A stretch of 64,000 nt of DNA from Fimbriimonadales bacterium (lineage in GTDB: Bacteria; Armatimonadota; Fimbriimonadia; Fimbriimonadales; JABRVX01): the NCBI GenBank assembly GCA_045862955.1, contig BTVI01000009.1, positions 1-64,000 of the forward strand. The letters run 5' to 3'. Below are positions 22,372 to 34,100 of the stretch, one piece after another. A program made the translations under genes and the position numbers. The notes beneath the pieces were generated by a model. The model had not been told where the DNA came from. It did not search any database and worked only from the letters and a program-made list of their open reading frames with translations. Positions within the stretch are counted from its first letter, which is position 1. Each line of letters opens with the position of its first letter.

Positions 22372-23238
22372 CTAATCGATGCCGCTTAGGTCATATGCTT
22401 CCTCTATTAGGCTCGCCAAGATTTCTCGGTGTTTCTTGACGTCTCCCGGCTTGAGGCGGATACGATAGCGACCCCAACGGCTGTCGTATTCGAGGAGGTC
22501 AAGGCCGGCGTCCTCGAGACGCTGGCGAGTGGACTCTGAACTGGGAATGCGAGGCTCCAGTTTGGTGAAGCTTCTGGCCGGCCTGAAGATGACGAAGTTG
22601 CATGGACGCCCATGCTTTGCCAGGCCGATGTAGAACTTGTTGTACTTGAGCTCCAGTTGGGGGTCGTGAGCCCGTGCAAGCTCAAGTAGTTCGTCAACGA
22701 TCGCTACTGAGCTCTTGGTCCCTCTCTGCTTCTCCCAGTACGCTCTGTCTACAGGTTCCGGCTCATCGTCTTCTGCCGAACCAAGCTGCAGGCAGTCGAG
22801 TACCTTGGTGAAAACGAGGCCCACCTTTTGGTCGAGGCGCATCGCTTTCATCTGAATGGCGACAAGAGGGATTGCGCCGTTGAACAGGCTGATCACGTTG
22901 AGAAAGCGCCCGGTCACCTCTTCGGCAACGATTACTGCCGTGTGCTCATACTGGGGATAGCGCTTGCGCTCGATGTCCCAGTACTCTATCGCCCGAATGA
23001 TGTGACTCTAGTCGGTTGGGCCGAGCTGCACCTCGACCTCGTAGCGTCTGTTCCCGTCTGCATCTTGCAGCAGGAGATCGAGCCGACCAGCTCTGGGCTG
23101 CGGCCGCTCTCGGTCCCGAAGGATCACGTCGCCGAGCCCCAGAATCTTGGGGTCTTCGGCAATCCGGTCTTGGACCCAACGTTCGTTCAGCTCGGGATGG
23201 TTTCGTATTGATAAGGATTCGAACTTGGCAACCTGCAT
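22372..23238 (-). pseudogene. PD-(D/E)xK / NucS-like nuclease-domain protein with DUF5655-like C-terminus, interrupted by an in-frame TAG
   Basis: One 289-codon frame: ...GRLDLL...YEVEVQLGPTD*SHIIRAIEYWDIERKRYPQYEHTAVIVAEEVTGRFLNVISLFN...; stop at 23008-23010. Confidence 0.8.
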
Positions 23239-23362
23239 CAAGACTCACCTCGTCACGTGCGCTGCTAGCAGACCGACCCGAGTGTACCGCGCCTCGCTCC
23301 AAGCTGCTGGAGCGCTGCATGTAAGGCATAATCGGCGGAGTCTGCTTCCCGGGAGGTGTTCG

Positions 23363-23863
23363 ATGGACGTTCGGCAGGCGTTGAAGGGTCAGTATCATGC
23401 GGCGCTCGACATGCTGAAGCAGTGTATCGAGCGGTGCCCAGACGACCTGTGGACGGCGGGCGACCGGCCGCGCTCGTTCTGGCGCACAGCCTACCATGCG
23501 CTGTTCTTCACCCACCTCTACTTGCAGCCGAGCGAGGCGGACTTCGTGCCGTGGGAGCTTCACCGCGACGGATACCAGGACATCTGGCCCGACGAGTGGC
23601 CGGACGACAAGCGCCCCGTGCCCTACTCCAAGGACGAGCTGCTGCAGTACTGGAGCCAGTGCGACGGCATGGTGGACCCGGTGGTGGACAAACTGGACCT
23701 GGACTCACCCACGACCGGCTTCCCCTGGTACGACATGCCGAAGCTGGACCACCAGATCATGAACATCCGGCACATCCAAGGGCACGTCGGGCAGCTCTCG
23801 GAGCTGTTGATGGCTGCAGGAGTGGACACGGACTGGGTCGGCGGCCGACGCACCGGTAGATAA
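23363..23863 (+). CDS. DinB/YfiT-like family protein
   Basis: GGAGG RBS; FW..AYHALFF, NIRHIQGHVGQL His motifs. Confidence 0.8.
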   Translation: MDVRQALKGQYHAALDMLKQCIERCPDDLWTAGDRPRSFWRTAYHALFFTHLYLQPSEADFVPWELHRDGYQDIWPDEWPDDKRPVPYSKDELLQYWSQCDGMVDPVVDKLDLDSPTTGFPWYDMPKLDHQIMNIRHIQGHVGQLSELLMAAGVDTDWVGGRRTGR

Positions 23864-24074
23864 CGGACGGGGCCCACGCCGCTCAGGCTGACTCGTCGCA
23901 CTTAGTGTAGGATATTCGCCCCCAATAGAGGTACCGAAACGCAACAAGCCGTTAGCCCAGCACCGAGCCCTGGCAAATTCGCCTACTTCGTGATATTATG
24001 TTCAGGCAATAGGTTATGCCCCACACGGTTCCGCCGCCAGAGCGGTCGGGTCGGTGTAGGCGAAAGCGAGGTGC

Positions 24075-26489
24075 ATGGTGATGTTTGCACTGGGGTCTTT
24101 CGTTTTGGGCTCGCGAGCAACGGAGTGGTGCAAGCGCGATAGGCAACGCTCCAAGAGCCCCGAGGGGGCTAGTGCGTACCTTTTCGGGCTACTCCTCCAG
24201 AGCATCGCGTTCCTTTTCCTCTTCGTGGTTGGCGAAGCCGCCTCGGCACAGAGCTGTCCAGACGTCTCGTGGATCGGAGGAGGGCACGATGAGGACATCC
24301 GGTCCGTTGCCTTTTCACCCGGCGGTGAGACGCTGGCGTCGGCTGGCTGGGATAACACGATCAAGCTCTGGCGTGTTTCCGACGGTCGCTGCATACGGTC
24401 GTGGCGTGGGCACAGGGGTTACGCTCAGTCCGTGGAATTCTCGCCGGATGGTTTCGCGGTAGCCTCGGGAGGCAACGACGGCAAGATCTGCCTGTGGCGC
24501 GCATACGACGGTGCCCTGCTGAAGGAGATGACAGCTCCCGCGGAGGTCTTTTCGGTAGCCTTCTCGCCAGACGGCCAGACAGTGGCTTCGGGTTGTAACG
24601 ACTCGACGGCGGCACTTTGGCGGCTTTCGGATGGGGCGCTGATCCGCGTGTTCTCGGGTCATGCCGATGTCGTTTGGTCCGTTGCTATCTCACCGGACGG
24701 CCTTACGCTCGCCACTGGTAGTGGCGACGAAACGATCCGCTTGTGGCGCGTGTCCGACGGGGCGCTCCTGCGAGTGCTGAAGGGGCACACGAGCGACGTT
24801 GCCAGCGTGGCGTTCTCGCCGGATGGCAAGAAACTCGCGTCCGCCGGTTGGGATCAGACCGTCAGGCTGTGGCGTGTGTCGGACGGGGCACTCCTGAATA
24901 CCTTGACCGGCCACACCAGCTTGTTCGTCAATTCCGTGGCTTTCTCTCCCGACGGCAAGACGCTCGCCTCGGGCAGCTCGGATGAGACGGTCAAGATCTG
25001 GCGCGTGTCCGACGGAGCACTGCTGCATACCCTGTCGGAGCATACGGGGGAGGTTCATACGGTCCGGTTTTCTCCCGGTGGCAAAGTCCTCGCATCGGGC
25101 GGGATGGACCGAAAGCTGCTGCTGTGGAAGACGTCAGACTGGTCACTGCTGGCCAAGTTCACTGAACACACTCGCCCCGTCTGCTCCGTTGCATACTCCT
25201 CGGACGGGCAGTCCGTGGCTTCGGGGAGCCAAGACCTTACAGTGAAGATATGGCGTGCCGAAGACGGTCAGATTCTTCGGACGCTCACCGGACACGGTAA
25301 CTACGTCTACTCCGTTGCGTTCTCCCCAGATAGCCAGACTCTTGCCTCGGGAAGCTGGGACAGAACGGTTAAGCTATGGCGGGTTTCCGACGGCGTCCTC
25401 CTTAGAACCTTCGTGGAGCCCACGAGGGAGATCAACGCAGTTACCTTCTCGCCGGACGGCCAATACGTGGTTGCCGGAGACCGTGGAATGACCGTGTGGC
25501 GGTGGCGGGTGTCGGACGGTGCGCTGGTTGGAGCCTGGGCAGCGCACGGCGACGAGGTCTCATCGGTCGCTATCTCACCCGACGGCCAAACCTTAGCGAC
25601 TGCCAGCTACGACGGTACGATCCGGCTTTGGCGTATTTCGGACGCTCGGCTGCTTCGGACCCTCTCGGGCCATGAGGATTGGGTAAGGTCGGTTGCATAC
25701 TCGCCGGACGGAGCAATTCTCGCTTCCGGTAGTAATGACAAGAAGGTGAAGCTGTGGCGCCCGTCCGATGGCACGCTGCTCCGCACCTTGAGTGGTCACG
25801 AGCACTGGGTCACCTCCGTAGCGTTTTCTCCGGACGGAGAGGCACTGGCATCCGGGAGCACCGACCAAACGATTCGGATCTGGCGAGTCTCTGATGGGGA
25901 TCTGCTCGGAGTGTGCACGGCAGAAACCGGAACCGCAGTGCGCTCCGTTTCGTGGTCGTCGGCACACGGAATGCTTGCCTGGGGGAGACATGACGCCACC
26001 CTCGCTGTCGGCAACCCCTATCCGGGTTCGGGAGTGCTCACTTGTCGGGTGAAACTGCGCTACTGGTCGGGTACGGACGCCGCTCTGCGCTCGGTATACA
26101 TAGTGGTCTTTGTCGACGGCGAGATTGTTGAGGTTCCGCCGCGCTCCGGCTCGGGCGACACGGTCGCTTTCACGATAAGGGTCCCGTCGGGTGGCGACCA
26201 CAGGATCTGGGTGAAGCCTATGGGTTATCTCGCTCAAGGGCGGACGGTGAATACGAGCGACCTCCCGCTCACCGTGGATTTCCTCGGACCCTCGGAACTC
26301 GGGCTGATCCCCGGGGACGCGGACCAGAACGGTCTGATAGAACTGCCCGATCTGAACCTAGTGCTTTTGGACTTTGCCAAGACGAGTGACTTCTCGGGCT
26401 GTACAGACTGTAACGGCAACGGAATAGTGGACGTAGGGGATTTGAACATCGTGCTGATTAACTTCGCACGGTCCGGAGACCCCATGTAA
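24075..26489 (+). CDS. WD40-repeat secreted protein with C-terminal dockerin-like module
   Basis: About 14 GH...V.SVAFSPDG..LASGS.D.TVKLW repeats; duplicated GD.D.NG.....DLN C-terminus; true start may be downstream. Confidence 0.9.
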   Translation: MVMFALGSFVLGSRATEWCKRDRQRSKSPEGASAYLFGLLLQSIAFLFLFVVGEAASAQSCPDVSWIGGGHDEDIRSVAFSPGGETLASAGWDNTIKLWRVSDGRCIRSWRGHRGYAQSVEFSPDGFAVASGGNDGKICLWRAYDGALLKEMTAPAEVFSVAFSPDGQTVASGCNDSTAALWRLSDGALIRVFSGHADVVWSVAISPDGLTLATGSGDETIRLWRVSDGALLRVLKGHTSDVASVAFSPDGKKLASAGWDQTVRLWRVSDGALLNTLTGHTSLFVNSVAFSPDGKTLASGSSDETVKIWRVSDGALLHTLSEHTGEVHTVRFSPGGKVLASGGMDRKLLLWKTSDWSLLAKFTEHTRPVCSVAYSSDGQSVASGSQDLTVKIWRAEDGQILRTLTGHGNYVYSVAFSPDSQTLASGSWDRTVKLWRVSDGVLLRTFVEPTREINAVTFSPDGQYVVAGDRGMTVWRWRVSDGALVGAWAAHGDEVSSVAISPDGQTLATASYDGTIRLWRISDARLLRTLSGHEDWVRSVAYSPDGAILASGSNDKKVKLWRPSDGTLLRTLSGHEHWVTSVAFSPDGEALASGSTDQTIRIWRVSDGDLLGVCTAETGTAVRSVSWSSAHGMLAWGRHDATLAVGNPYPGSGVLTCRVKLRYWSGTDAALRSVYIVVFVDGEIVEVPPRSGSGDTVAFTIRVPSGGDHRIWVKPMGYLAQGRTVNTSDLPLTVDFLGPSELGLIPGDADQNGLIELPDLNLVLLDFAKTSDFSGCTDCNGNGIVDVGDLNIVLINFARSGDPM

Positions 26490-26537
26490 CCCGTCGTCCG
26501 ATGGGCCGACCGAGCGTCCGACATCGGGGAGACGGCT

Positions 26538-26613
26538 TGGTACCCGGGACGGGATTCGAACCCGCGACCTTCGGCGTGAGAGGCCGATGTCCTGACCGCT
26601 AGACGACCCGGGC
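26538..26613 (-). tRNA. tRNA-Glu (anticodon CUC)
   Basis: GCCCGGG acceptor stem, TCGGC-CTCTCAC-GCCGA anticodon arm, GGTTCGAATCC T-loop, encoded CCA; 76 nt. Confidence 0.96.
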
Positions 26614-26683
26614 ACCTCGTTTCGGGAGCGTTAGCTTACCTCTTGGACGTTCGGGGGGTCAATCGGGGACCACGCCGGAGCTG

Positions 26684-26800
26684 TTTGGGACTGCGCGAGC
26701 CCGCTAGCGCTTTGCCAGTGCATCTCCCCATCCGAGGGCGGATGGGAAGATAGGGTGCGCTCCACCCCAAAAAGCGCGAGCAGGCTCGCGCAGTCCCAAA
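26684..26800. repeat. REP-like family B inverted pair
   Basis: tttgggactgcgcgagcccgctagcgcttt ... aaagcgcgagcaggctcgcgcagtcccaaa. Confidence 0.75.
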
Positions 26801-26947
26801 GAGTGCAATCCCGCACAGCCCGGCCCGTCGGGACGGCAGGCCCAGCGAGAGCAGGTGCGGACGCAACGTTGCCGAACCCAGACCGGTAATCAGCGTCAGA
26901 AGCGCCGAGAACCGCGAGTGAGACGCGGTCGTGTCTGGAGACTGAGA

Positions 26948-28258
26948 ATGCCCATGCCTGCGTTCGTTCCGCCAACCGTTTGTGCCTTGGTGTTGCTCGC
27001 CGCTGCAACCGCGTCCGCCCAGGATCTCCCCCCCAGCCTCGACCTTCAGTCCGCCGTCCGGATCGCCCTCGAGCGCAACGGCCTGGTCGGGGCGAGTCGG
27101 TTCGACAGTGAGGCTGCGCGAGCCAGAGCCCTCCAGGCTCGAGCATCGTATTTCCCTTCCATCGTGCAGAGCTACGACTATACGGACAACATGGCGAACG
27201 ACTACGGGCTGGAGGGCACCTTCGCGAGCCGAAGCTATCGGCAGACCAACCTGAGCCTGAACGTCTCGTGGACCCTGCTCGATTCGGGCCAGCGCAAGAC
27301 TTCTTTCGACAGGGCAAACACGGCGTATGCGGCCGCGCGGCTGGACGAGAAACAGCAGCGGCGGAACATCATCTTCGACACGACCTCGGGGTTCTATGAG
27401 GCGTTGCGGGGGCAAGAGCTGGTTCGTGTCGCCGAAGCGCAGGTGCAGCGGTCTAAGACGATTCTGGAGATAACCAAGGCGAGGGTGGAGGCGGGCGATA
27501 CGGCCGCTAAGGAGGTGCTGCAAGCGGAGGCCGACTTAGCCAACGCCGAAGTCAGCCTGATCCAGGCGCGCATCCGAGCAGGCACCAGCGAGGCCACGCT
27601 GAAGGCGGTGATGGGCATCCCCGAGGACCGGGCCCTGCCGCCGCTCGAGGTGCCTCCGGCCCCTAAGTTGCCCGAGCAATTCCCGCCGCTGGACACGTAT
27701 GTGCAGTCTGCTCTGGCCCAGCGACCGGACCTGCTGGCCCAAGAGCAGAACCTCCGCTCCCTTCGCCTCGCAGTGCAGCAGGCCCAGCTCGACCAGCGCA
27801 TCAACTTCGAGCTCTCGGCCGGCTACTCACGGCGCTGGGAGACGCAGGCGGGCGACAACCGCCGGCTCACGCTGATGGCGAGCATTCCCATCTTCGACGC
27901 TGGGCTGCGACGCGAGAACGTGCGTGCATCGGCGGCATCCGAGGAGTCCGCCCGCCTTCGCTACACACAGCAGCAAAGGACGGTCCGGGCAGAAGTCGAG
28001 TCGGGCTATCTGGAACTAACACTACGAGCGAGTGCATTACGTGCCGCGGAGATTGCGCTGAGGGCGGCCCGTGTGAATTACGAAGCTGCGGAGGAGGCAC
28101 GGCGACTCGGTGCGGCTAGTCTGGCCGAAGTCATCAATGCCCAGCTCGCGCTGGTGACCGCGGAAACGAACTCGGTGCAGGCGGTGTATGACTACTATGT
28201 GGCAGATAGCAAGCTGTCACTGATCAGCGGGCAGCCTATGATAGGGGAGACACCGTGA
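26948..28258 (+). CDS. TolC family outer membrane efflux protein
   Basis: Signal peptide; [14 protein letters not shown]; two OEP repeats (WTLLDSG, IPIFDAG); start 26948 or 26954. Confidence 0.9.
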   Translation: MPMPAFVPPTVCALVLLAAATASAQDLPPSLDLQSAVRIALERNGLVGASRFDSEAARARALQARASYFPSIVQSYDYTDNMANDYGLEGTFASRSYRQTNLSLNVSWTLLDSGQRKTSFDRANTAYAAARLDEKQQRRNIIFDTTSGFYEALRGQELVRVAEAQVQRSKTILEITKARVEAGDTAAKEVLQAEADLANAEVSLIQARIRAGTSEATLKAVMGIPEDRALPPLEVPPAPKLPEQFPPLDTYVQSALAQRPDLLAQEQNLRSLRLAVQQAQLDQRINFELSAGYSRRWETQAGDNRRLTLMASIPIFDAGLRRENVRASAASEESARLRYTQQQRTVRAEVESGYLELTLRASALRAAEIALRAARVNYEAAEEARRLGAASLAEVINAQLALVTAETNSVQAVYDYYVADSKLSLISGQPMIGETP

Positions 28259-28986
28259 GTGCGCTGATCGAGACCCGCAACATACACAAAGACTATCGCA
28301 TGGGCTCCAGCACGGTGCACGCGTTGCGAGGCGTCGACGTGACAATCCACGAGGGTGAGTTCGTGGCGATCATGGGTCCGTCCGGCTCGGGCAAGTCCAC
28401 ATTCATGAATATTATCGGCTGCTTGGACCGACCGACCTCGGGAGACTACATTCTAGCGGGCGAGAAGGTGTCGGGCCTCAGCGACAATCGCTTGGCCGAA
28501 GTGCGTAACCGCATGATAGGATTCGTGTTTCAGACCTTCAACCTGCTCGCGCGAACCACAGCTCTGCGGAACGTAGAGCTACCCCTCGTGTACTCCGGCG
28601 CGCGCGGGAGATCGGCTATTGCCACGCAGGCGCTGCAGCGAGTCGGCTTGGCGGACCGCATGCATCACCGACCCAACGAGCTATCGGGTGGACAACAGCA
28701 ACGGGTGGCGATTGCGCGCGCGATCGTGAACGACCCCAAGATCATTTTGGGAGACGAGCCAACCGGCAACTTAGACACGCGGACAGGTGCCGAGATCATG
28801 GCCATCTTTCAGGACCTGCACCGACAGGGCAAGACCGTTATCATCGTCACCCACGAGCACGACATCGCGCAGCACTGCGAGCGTATCATCCGCTTCCGCG
28901 ACGGTCGCATCGTCGGGGACGAGCGGGTGGATACACCGATCGATGCGCGAGACGTTCTCGCGTCCCTACCACCCGCCGAGGATTGA
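28255..28986 (+). CDS. ABC transporter ATP-binding protein (MacB/LolD-like)
   Basis: [44 protein letters not shown]. Confidence 0.95.
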   Translation: MSALIETRNIHKDYRMGSSTVHALRGVDVTIHEGEFVAIMGPSGSGKSTFMNIIGCLDRPTSGDYILAGEKVSGLSDNRLAEVRNRMIGFVFQTFNLLARTTALRNVELPLVYSGARGRSAIATQALQRVGLADRMHHRPNELSGGQQQRVAIARAIVNDPKIILGDEPTGNLDTRTGAEIMAIFQDLHRQGKTVIIVTHEHDIAQHCERIIRFRDGRIVGDERVDTPIDARDVLASLPPAED

Positions 28987-29038
28987 GCGCGTCTACTGCA
29001 AAGGAGGGTAGGATCCTGCAACGACAGGAGGTACCCCC

Positions 29039-31042
29039 ATGTTGTTTCTCTGCACATTCCTGTTCGCCTCGACGCTCTCCATTCTTCCTTTGGAAGACTA
29101 CACCGAGACCCCGGACCTGTGGAGCTGCGGTGTGCAGGACTGGGGCCCCAACGAAGCCCGGCTCTATCCGGTTACCGACGACGCCCCAGTCGGAAAGTAC
29201 GCCCTCGCGCTCAACTACAACTACGGGTACGAGCACTATGCGGTCCTCCCCAAATGGCGGAATGCGGGTTGGGACCTGCGCGCCACCGACTACGTGGAGT
29301 TCCGCGTTAAGGTTGCGGCTGATACCCAGTGGCGTGGCCCCAATCCTACGCTGTACTTGCGCAGCAACGATGGTAGCTTCGTCCGGATACGTCCATCGGA
29401 CAGGCGATCGCTGCTTGTTGATGCGGCGGGTAAGGGCTGGCAGACCATTCGCGTTCCGCTTGCTGAGTCGCCCGAATGGGAACGTGTCGTCTGGCTAGGC
29501 GGCTCCTTGCGCCGTGTGGACTTCGTCGAGCTGGCGTTCGTAGGCGGCGGGCCGGGTGGCGCGGCGCACAGCGTCCTGATAGACGGAGTGCGGTTCGGGC
29601 CTGCGATGCTGCCCTACACCCCACCGAACGAGCAGGCCGGCGACCTCGATGTACTCATCATCGAGCGCACCCCACGATATGAGCGCTACCAGGTCACTGA
29701 CTATCGGCCCACTAAGGAAGACCCGAACGTGGAAGTGGGCCACGCGGTCAACAAGGGGCGAAAGCACTACCCCGACAATGGCGAGCCCGTCACCTTCACG
29801 GCACGCGTGCAGAACAAGGGACAGCAGGCACTGGGTGGTAGCTACCAGTGGCTCCTGGATGGTAGGCCGGTGGCGAGTGGCAAGCTGCAGCGGATGGAGC
29901 CACGTAAGACCACTCATTACACCTGGAAGTGGCGCTGGGACCCGGCCGATCATGATATCACCTTCCGACTGCAGCCTGACGGCGAGGACTACTGCCCACG
30001 GAACAACGAGCTGACCATCCGCAACAACGCGTTGATGCTGAAGTTCATGATTGAACGAGGCCTGATCGCGCGGATGGAATCGAAGGTCAACATGACAGGA
30101 TCCTACTCGTGCGAAGACTGGCTGCAGGGACAAATCCGATTCATGAATCAGCTCTTCGAGAACTCCGTCTACGAGTTCGCGCCGAAGGGCATCGAGCAGC
30201 GCGTGGCGGTCGGGCTGTTCGAGTATGTGGAGGACGGGTATCTACCTACACTGGGGGCGGGACCCTACAAAGTGGGTGAGTTGGACATTAGCTGTGATGG
30301 AGGCAGGGGTTGCACCGCGCTCGACGACCCATGGAAGAGCGGGGCGGGTGCACCGGCGTTCCTCAATTTCATCGGGCGGCCGGACGACGCGTGGCTGCAC
30401 GAGCTGAGCCATCAGATCGGGGTGATAGACGACTATCAGTTCATCACGGAGCCCGAGGATAACCTGGTGAACGGCGTGGGCTTCACCTATCGGAATCGTG
30501 GTCTGATGGGTGGTGGAGAGATATCACCTCACCCGTATCTCGGCACACTTTACAGCCTCTATTCGCCCAGCAACGTACATGGTCTGAATGCCACCAAGGG
30601 AAAGCGACGCGGTTACTTCGGTGAGTACCTGTATCAAATTCCGAAGCAGTGTTCTCTTCGGCTATTGGAGGAAGATGGTAAACCCGTTGCGGATGCAGAG
30701 ATCAAGGTGTATCAGACCTCGCAACGCAAGATTGACACCATTCCTGAACACGAGGGTAGGACCGATGCGCGTGGCTTGTTCCCGCTTGCCAACCGGCCCG
30801 CCGGACCACACACTACCGAGACGGGGTGCACGCTCAGTGACAATCCCTTCGGACCGATTCACGTGGTGGGGTTCAATGGTGTGTTCTTGGTTACGGTGAA
30901 GCAGGGGGATCGCGAGCTATACGGGTTCACATCGGTGCCCGAGTTCAACATCGAGTACGCCAAAGGCAACCGCGAGCGCGCCGTCATCCCAGTGTATGTG
31001 AAACGGAAGGGCGAAGAGCGACACTACTACGGGCGTCGGTAG
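29039..31042 (+). CDS. Secreted multidomain protein: CBM-like N-terminus, CARDB/Ig-like domain, HExxH zinc-peptidase-like domain
   Basis: GGAGG RBS; N-terminal hydrophobic stretch; YP..GEPVTFTARVQNKG...NNEL; WLHELSHQIG. Confidence 0.65.
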   Translation: MLFLCTFLFASTLSILPLEDYTETPDLWSCGVQDWGPNEARLYPVTDDAPVGKYALALNYNYGYEHYAVLPKWRNAGWDLRATDYVEFRVKVAADTQWRGPNPTLYLRSNDGSFVRIRPSDRRSLLVDAAGKGWQTIRVPLAESPEWERVVWLGGSLRRVDFVELAFVGGGPGGAAHSVLIDGVRFGPAMLPYTPPNEQAGDLDVLIIERTPRYERYQVTDYRPTKEDPNVEVGHAVNKGRKHYPDNGEPVTFTARVQNKGQQALGGSYQWLLDGRPVASGKLQRMEPRKTTHYTWKWRWDPADHDITFRLQPDGEDYCPRNNELTIRNNALMLKFMIERGLIARMESKVNMTGSYSCEDWLQGQIRFMNQLFENSVYEFAPKGIEQRVAVGLFEYVEDGYLPTLGAGPYKVGELDISCDGGRGCTALDDPWKSGAGAPAFLNFIGRPDDAWLHELSHQIGVIDDYQFITEPEDNLVNGVGFTYRNRGLMGGGEISPHPYLGTLYSLYSPSNVHGLNATKGKRRGYFGEYLYQIPKQCSLRLLEEDGKPVADAEIKVYQTSQRKIDTIPEHEGRTDARGLFPLANRPAGPHTTETGCTLSDNPFGPIHVVGFNGVFLVTVKQGDRELYGFTSVPEFNIEYAKGNRERAVIPVYVKRKGEERHYYGRR

Positions 31043-31163
31043 ATCTGTGTCCTCGAGAGCGCGTACGCGCAGCCGCCGACCAGGTGTGGTGTCTCGATTC
31101 GCTATGCTGAGACTGTGGAATCATGTGGCGCGAGGCCGGTAGCCTGTGCCGGCGCTGGAGCAC

Positions 31164-34100
31164 TCAGCGCCGGATGGGTTGCACACTGACCGAGGAGTAG
31201 GCGACATGGCCGCGGCAGCTAAGCAGTCCGATATAGCCGGCCTCTCCGTTCGAGAGCCGCACCGCGAGCGGCAGATCGGAGCCAATTCGCTTGCCGTTCA
31301 CCCACACGTCATAGGTGCCTTTGCTGTTGTACACGTCTATCGCTAGGGTGTGTGGTGTCGAGTCGCGTACCGTTATGTCAGTGTTCAGCACGTGCTGTAA
31401 GCTGAAGCCGCCTTGCAACGGACCACACCATACCTGCTCGGGCCCCGAGAATCGCACCATCTGACTCTGTGTGATGGAATAACGCGATGCGGAGTTGAAC
31501 ACGAACCCCGTCTCGTAGATGCCCTCTATCACACGCGAGACCGCCTCCACGCGGTAGTCTCCCGTGACCTGGACGTTGAGCGTGCTACAGAAGTCGTAAC
31601 CGTTCATCGTCGTCTCGTGGTACTCACCTCCCTGCACCTGCCAGGAGCCGGAGATGGGCAGCCACGCCGGCAGACCCATGCTGCCATCGGGATACTTATC
31701 GAAGTCGTCCTGGTAGGTGCCGTGACGGCCTTGGTCCTCGAATGCGTCGCTCTCGGCGTCGGGTATACGCGTGCCGAGCGCATCTCGCACGGTGGATGTG
31801 ACGTGGGGCTGGGCCAATCGCGATGCTAGGTCCGCGAGCGCCTGAGCGTCCAGGTCCGCCAACGTGGCTAGGAAGAACCCTTTGCCCACCACTCTGCCGA
31901 CTATGGTAGCGGCACCAGGCTCCGACGGAGGGTGGGCCAAAGCGCCAAGTCTGCTGAACACGTACATTCCGGATGCCTTGAACTCCGTTAGTCCGAGCGC
32001 GGCTAGTGCACCCTGTGCTGCCGCTGCCGCCACACTGGGCGTCTGGGGTGCAGGCAGCACGGCATAGCGCGCATCCGCTAGCAGATTCCCGAACCACTCG
32101 GACGACGTCTCGCCTGGCTTCACGAGTGCTAAGACACCACCGGCGAGCATATAGTCGGTTAGTAGTCGTGAGAGCTCGGGGTCGCCCCACCACTTCGCAT
32201 ATTTTAGCGAGTCCGTTACGGAGCGTGGGCCCATCAGGAACACCTTCGCATTGATGCTACCATCCGGACGCAGCAAGAACGGGCGCAGCCATTCGGGACT
32301 AGCGGGCATGAAGGGTGTGATGATCCGTGTGCGCAGCTTGCCCTTTAACAGTTCGTAGGTTCGAACGTCCTGCGGGTTGGTCTTTCGGGGCTCCTGTAAC
32401 CATAGCACCACGTCGTGGAATGGTACGTTCTTTGGGACGACGTAACGGTATCGCTCGCGCACCGGCTCTACCGATTTCGGTTCGACACGCTTGTAGCGCA
32501 CCTCTATCTGAGTGGGACGGGTGCCGAGGGTGACAGGGAAGGTCGCCGTAGAGACACCCCACCGATCACGCGGCACTGCCCTCACCTCCTTGCCGCTGGT
32601 GCGGATCGACTGGATTGCCGCATGCGGTATCTCGGCAGTGAACGTAACTCTGGGCGCGCGACCCCCTGTCCATGTTAGCGTGTACCTGCGGGAGGAGCCG
32701 TCATCGGCGACTCGAATGGCGAGGCGCCCCGTACCAACCCGCTGGTTGGACACGCTCATGTCCTTCCAACCACTCGGCAGCCTCGGACAGAGTGAAATGC
32801 TGCCACTGCCAGCGCTGGGTTCGAGCCCTGTAAGGTAGTAGAGCGCGGCGTCGGCGTTGATGCCACCCTCCCAAGGGCGTATGCGATGGCCGAGAAAATC
32901 CGTGCGATACCCCGTCGGATCGGTCCGGTGCTTCTCCGTGTACTCCCCACTCGGTGATGCGACAGCTACCATCGCCCTCAGTGCCTTCTCCGCAAGGGGA
33001 TGATGCACCGCGGCGAGATTGTACAGAAACATGCCGGGCAGCATGCCGACGTACACCTTCAGTGTCTCCGTGGCGTCGAGCAGCCCGTTGGGGTTGTATG
33101 TGTACTTGATGGTCTCTGTCAGATTGGAGATCGCTTTCGGGTCATCGGGGCGCAAGTAGCCGATCCATAGCGGGTTGAGGTTGACCGCGGTGAAGGGCGG
33201 TTGGTGGCGGTCTAACGACACCATGCCCATCGCAGGGGAGTAGAACCCTCGCTCCTGCATCCAGTAATCTCGTTCGCAGGCGGCCCGGCTGTCCCGAGCG
33301 ATCTTGCGGAGCTGCTCGGCTTCCGATTGCTTGCCCAACAGCTTGGCGAACTCGGTCAGTATCTCGGCAGATACCACGAATTCCCAGGTGCTATCTGCGC
33401 TGTATTGATCCCAATGCACATGGTCGTTGGGCTCGGGGAAGAGTGGGGAGTTGAGTACCTCGAAACCAGGGTAGATCCAAGTCTCGTCTCCGTGGTGCGG
33501 AAAGCGATAGAGAGTGTTAGGAACCGGCTCCGTGTAGCCATAGTTCACCGTGGTGTAGGGCACACCTTTCTCGTCGATCAACTGCCCCATCAGGCATCGC
33601 TGGAGGTACTCCCAGTGTTCGCGTATCGGTGCCAGGTCACCCGTGAAGCGATAGTACCATGCATGCTGCATGATCAGCCACGAAGGGGTCTCCACACGAT
33701 CGGTTCGTACGGCAGACCAATCGAGTTTCGGGTCTACCGGACGTGTGACGTCTATGTCCATCGGGAACCAGTTGGGGATGACCTTGTTGTATGCCGAGGC
33801 GCGATAGTAGAACTCCAGCATCTTGCGCGCCGTCTCGAAGTCACCCAGACGAAGGTAGTACTTGAATGGACCTACGGAATCGCGCACCCACACACCCGCA
33901 AAGAACTCCATAGGTCCAGCGGCTTTCTGTGGGTCGGCCGTCTGGACGCGAACCGATACTGCCGTCTCCTCGAGGAGATCGGCCAGGCGCCTGTCGGGAC
34001 AGTCGAGTCGGACCGTGGTTGCTAACCATTTCTTCCACCCATCGGCACACCGTGCCATGAGTGCGGTCGCAGGCTGACGCAGGTCGGCGAGAGTCTTCTC

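Noticed and set aside
26538..26613. tRNA as amber suppressor for the TAG at 23008, or as an integration site
   Set aside because: Anticodon is CUC (ordinary Glu); no integrase or duplicated tRNA 3' end seen in the window.
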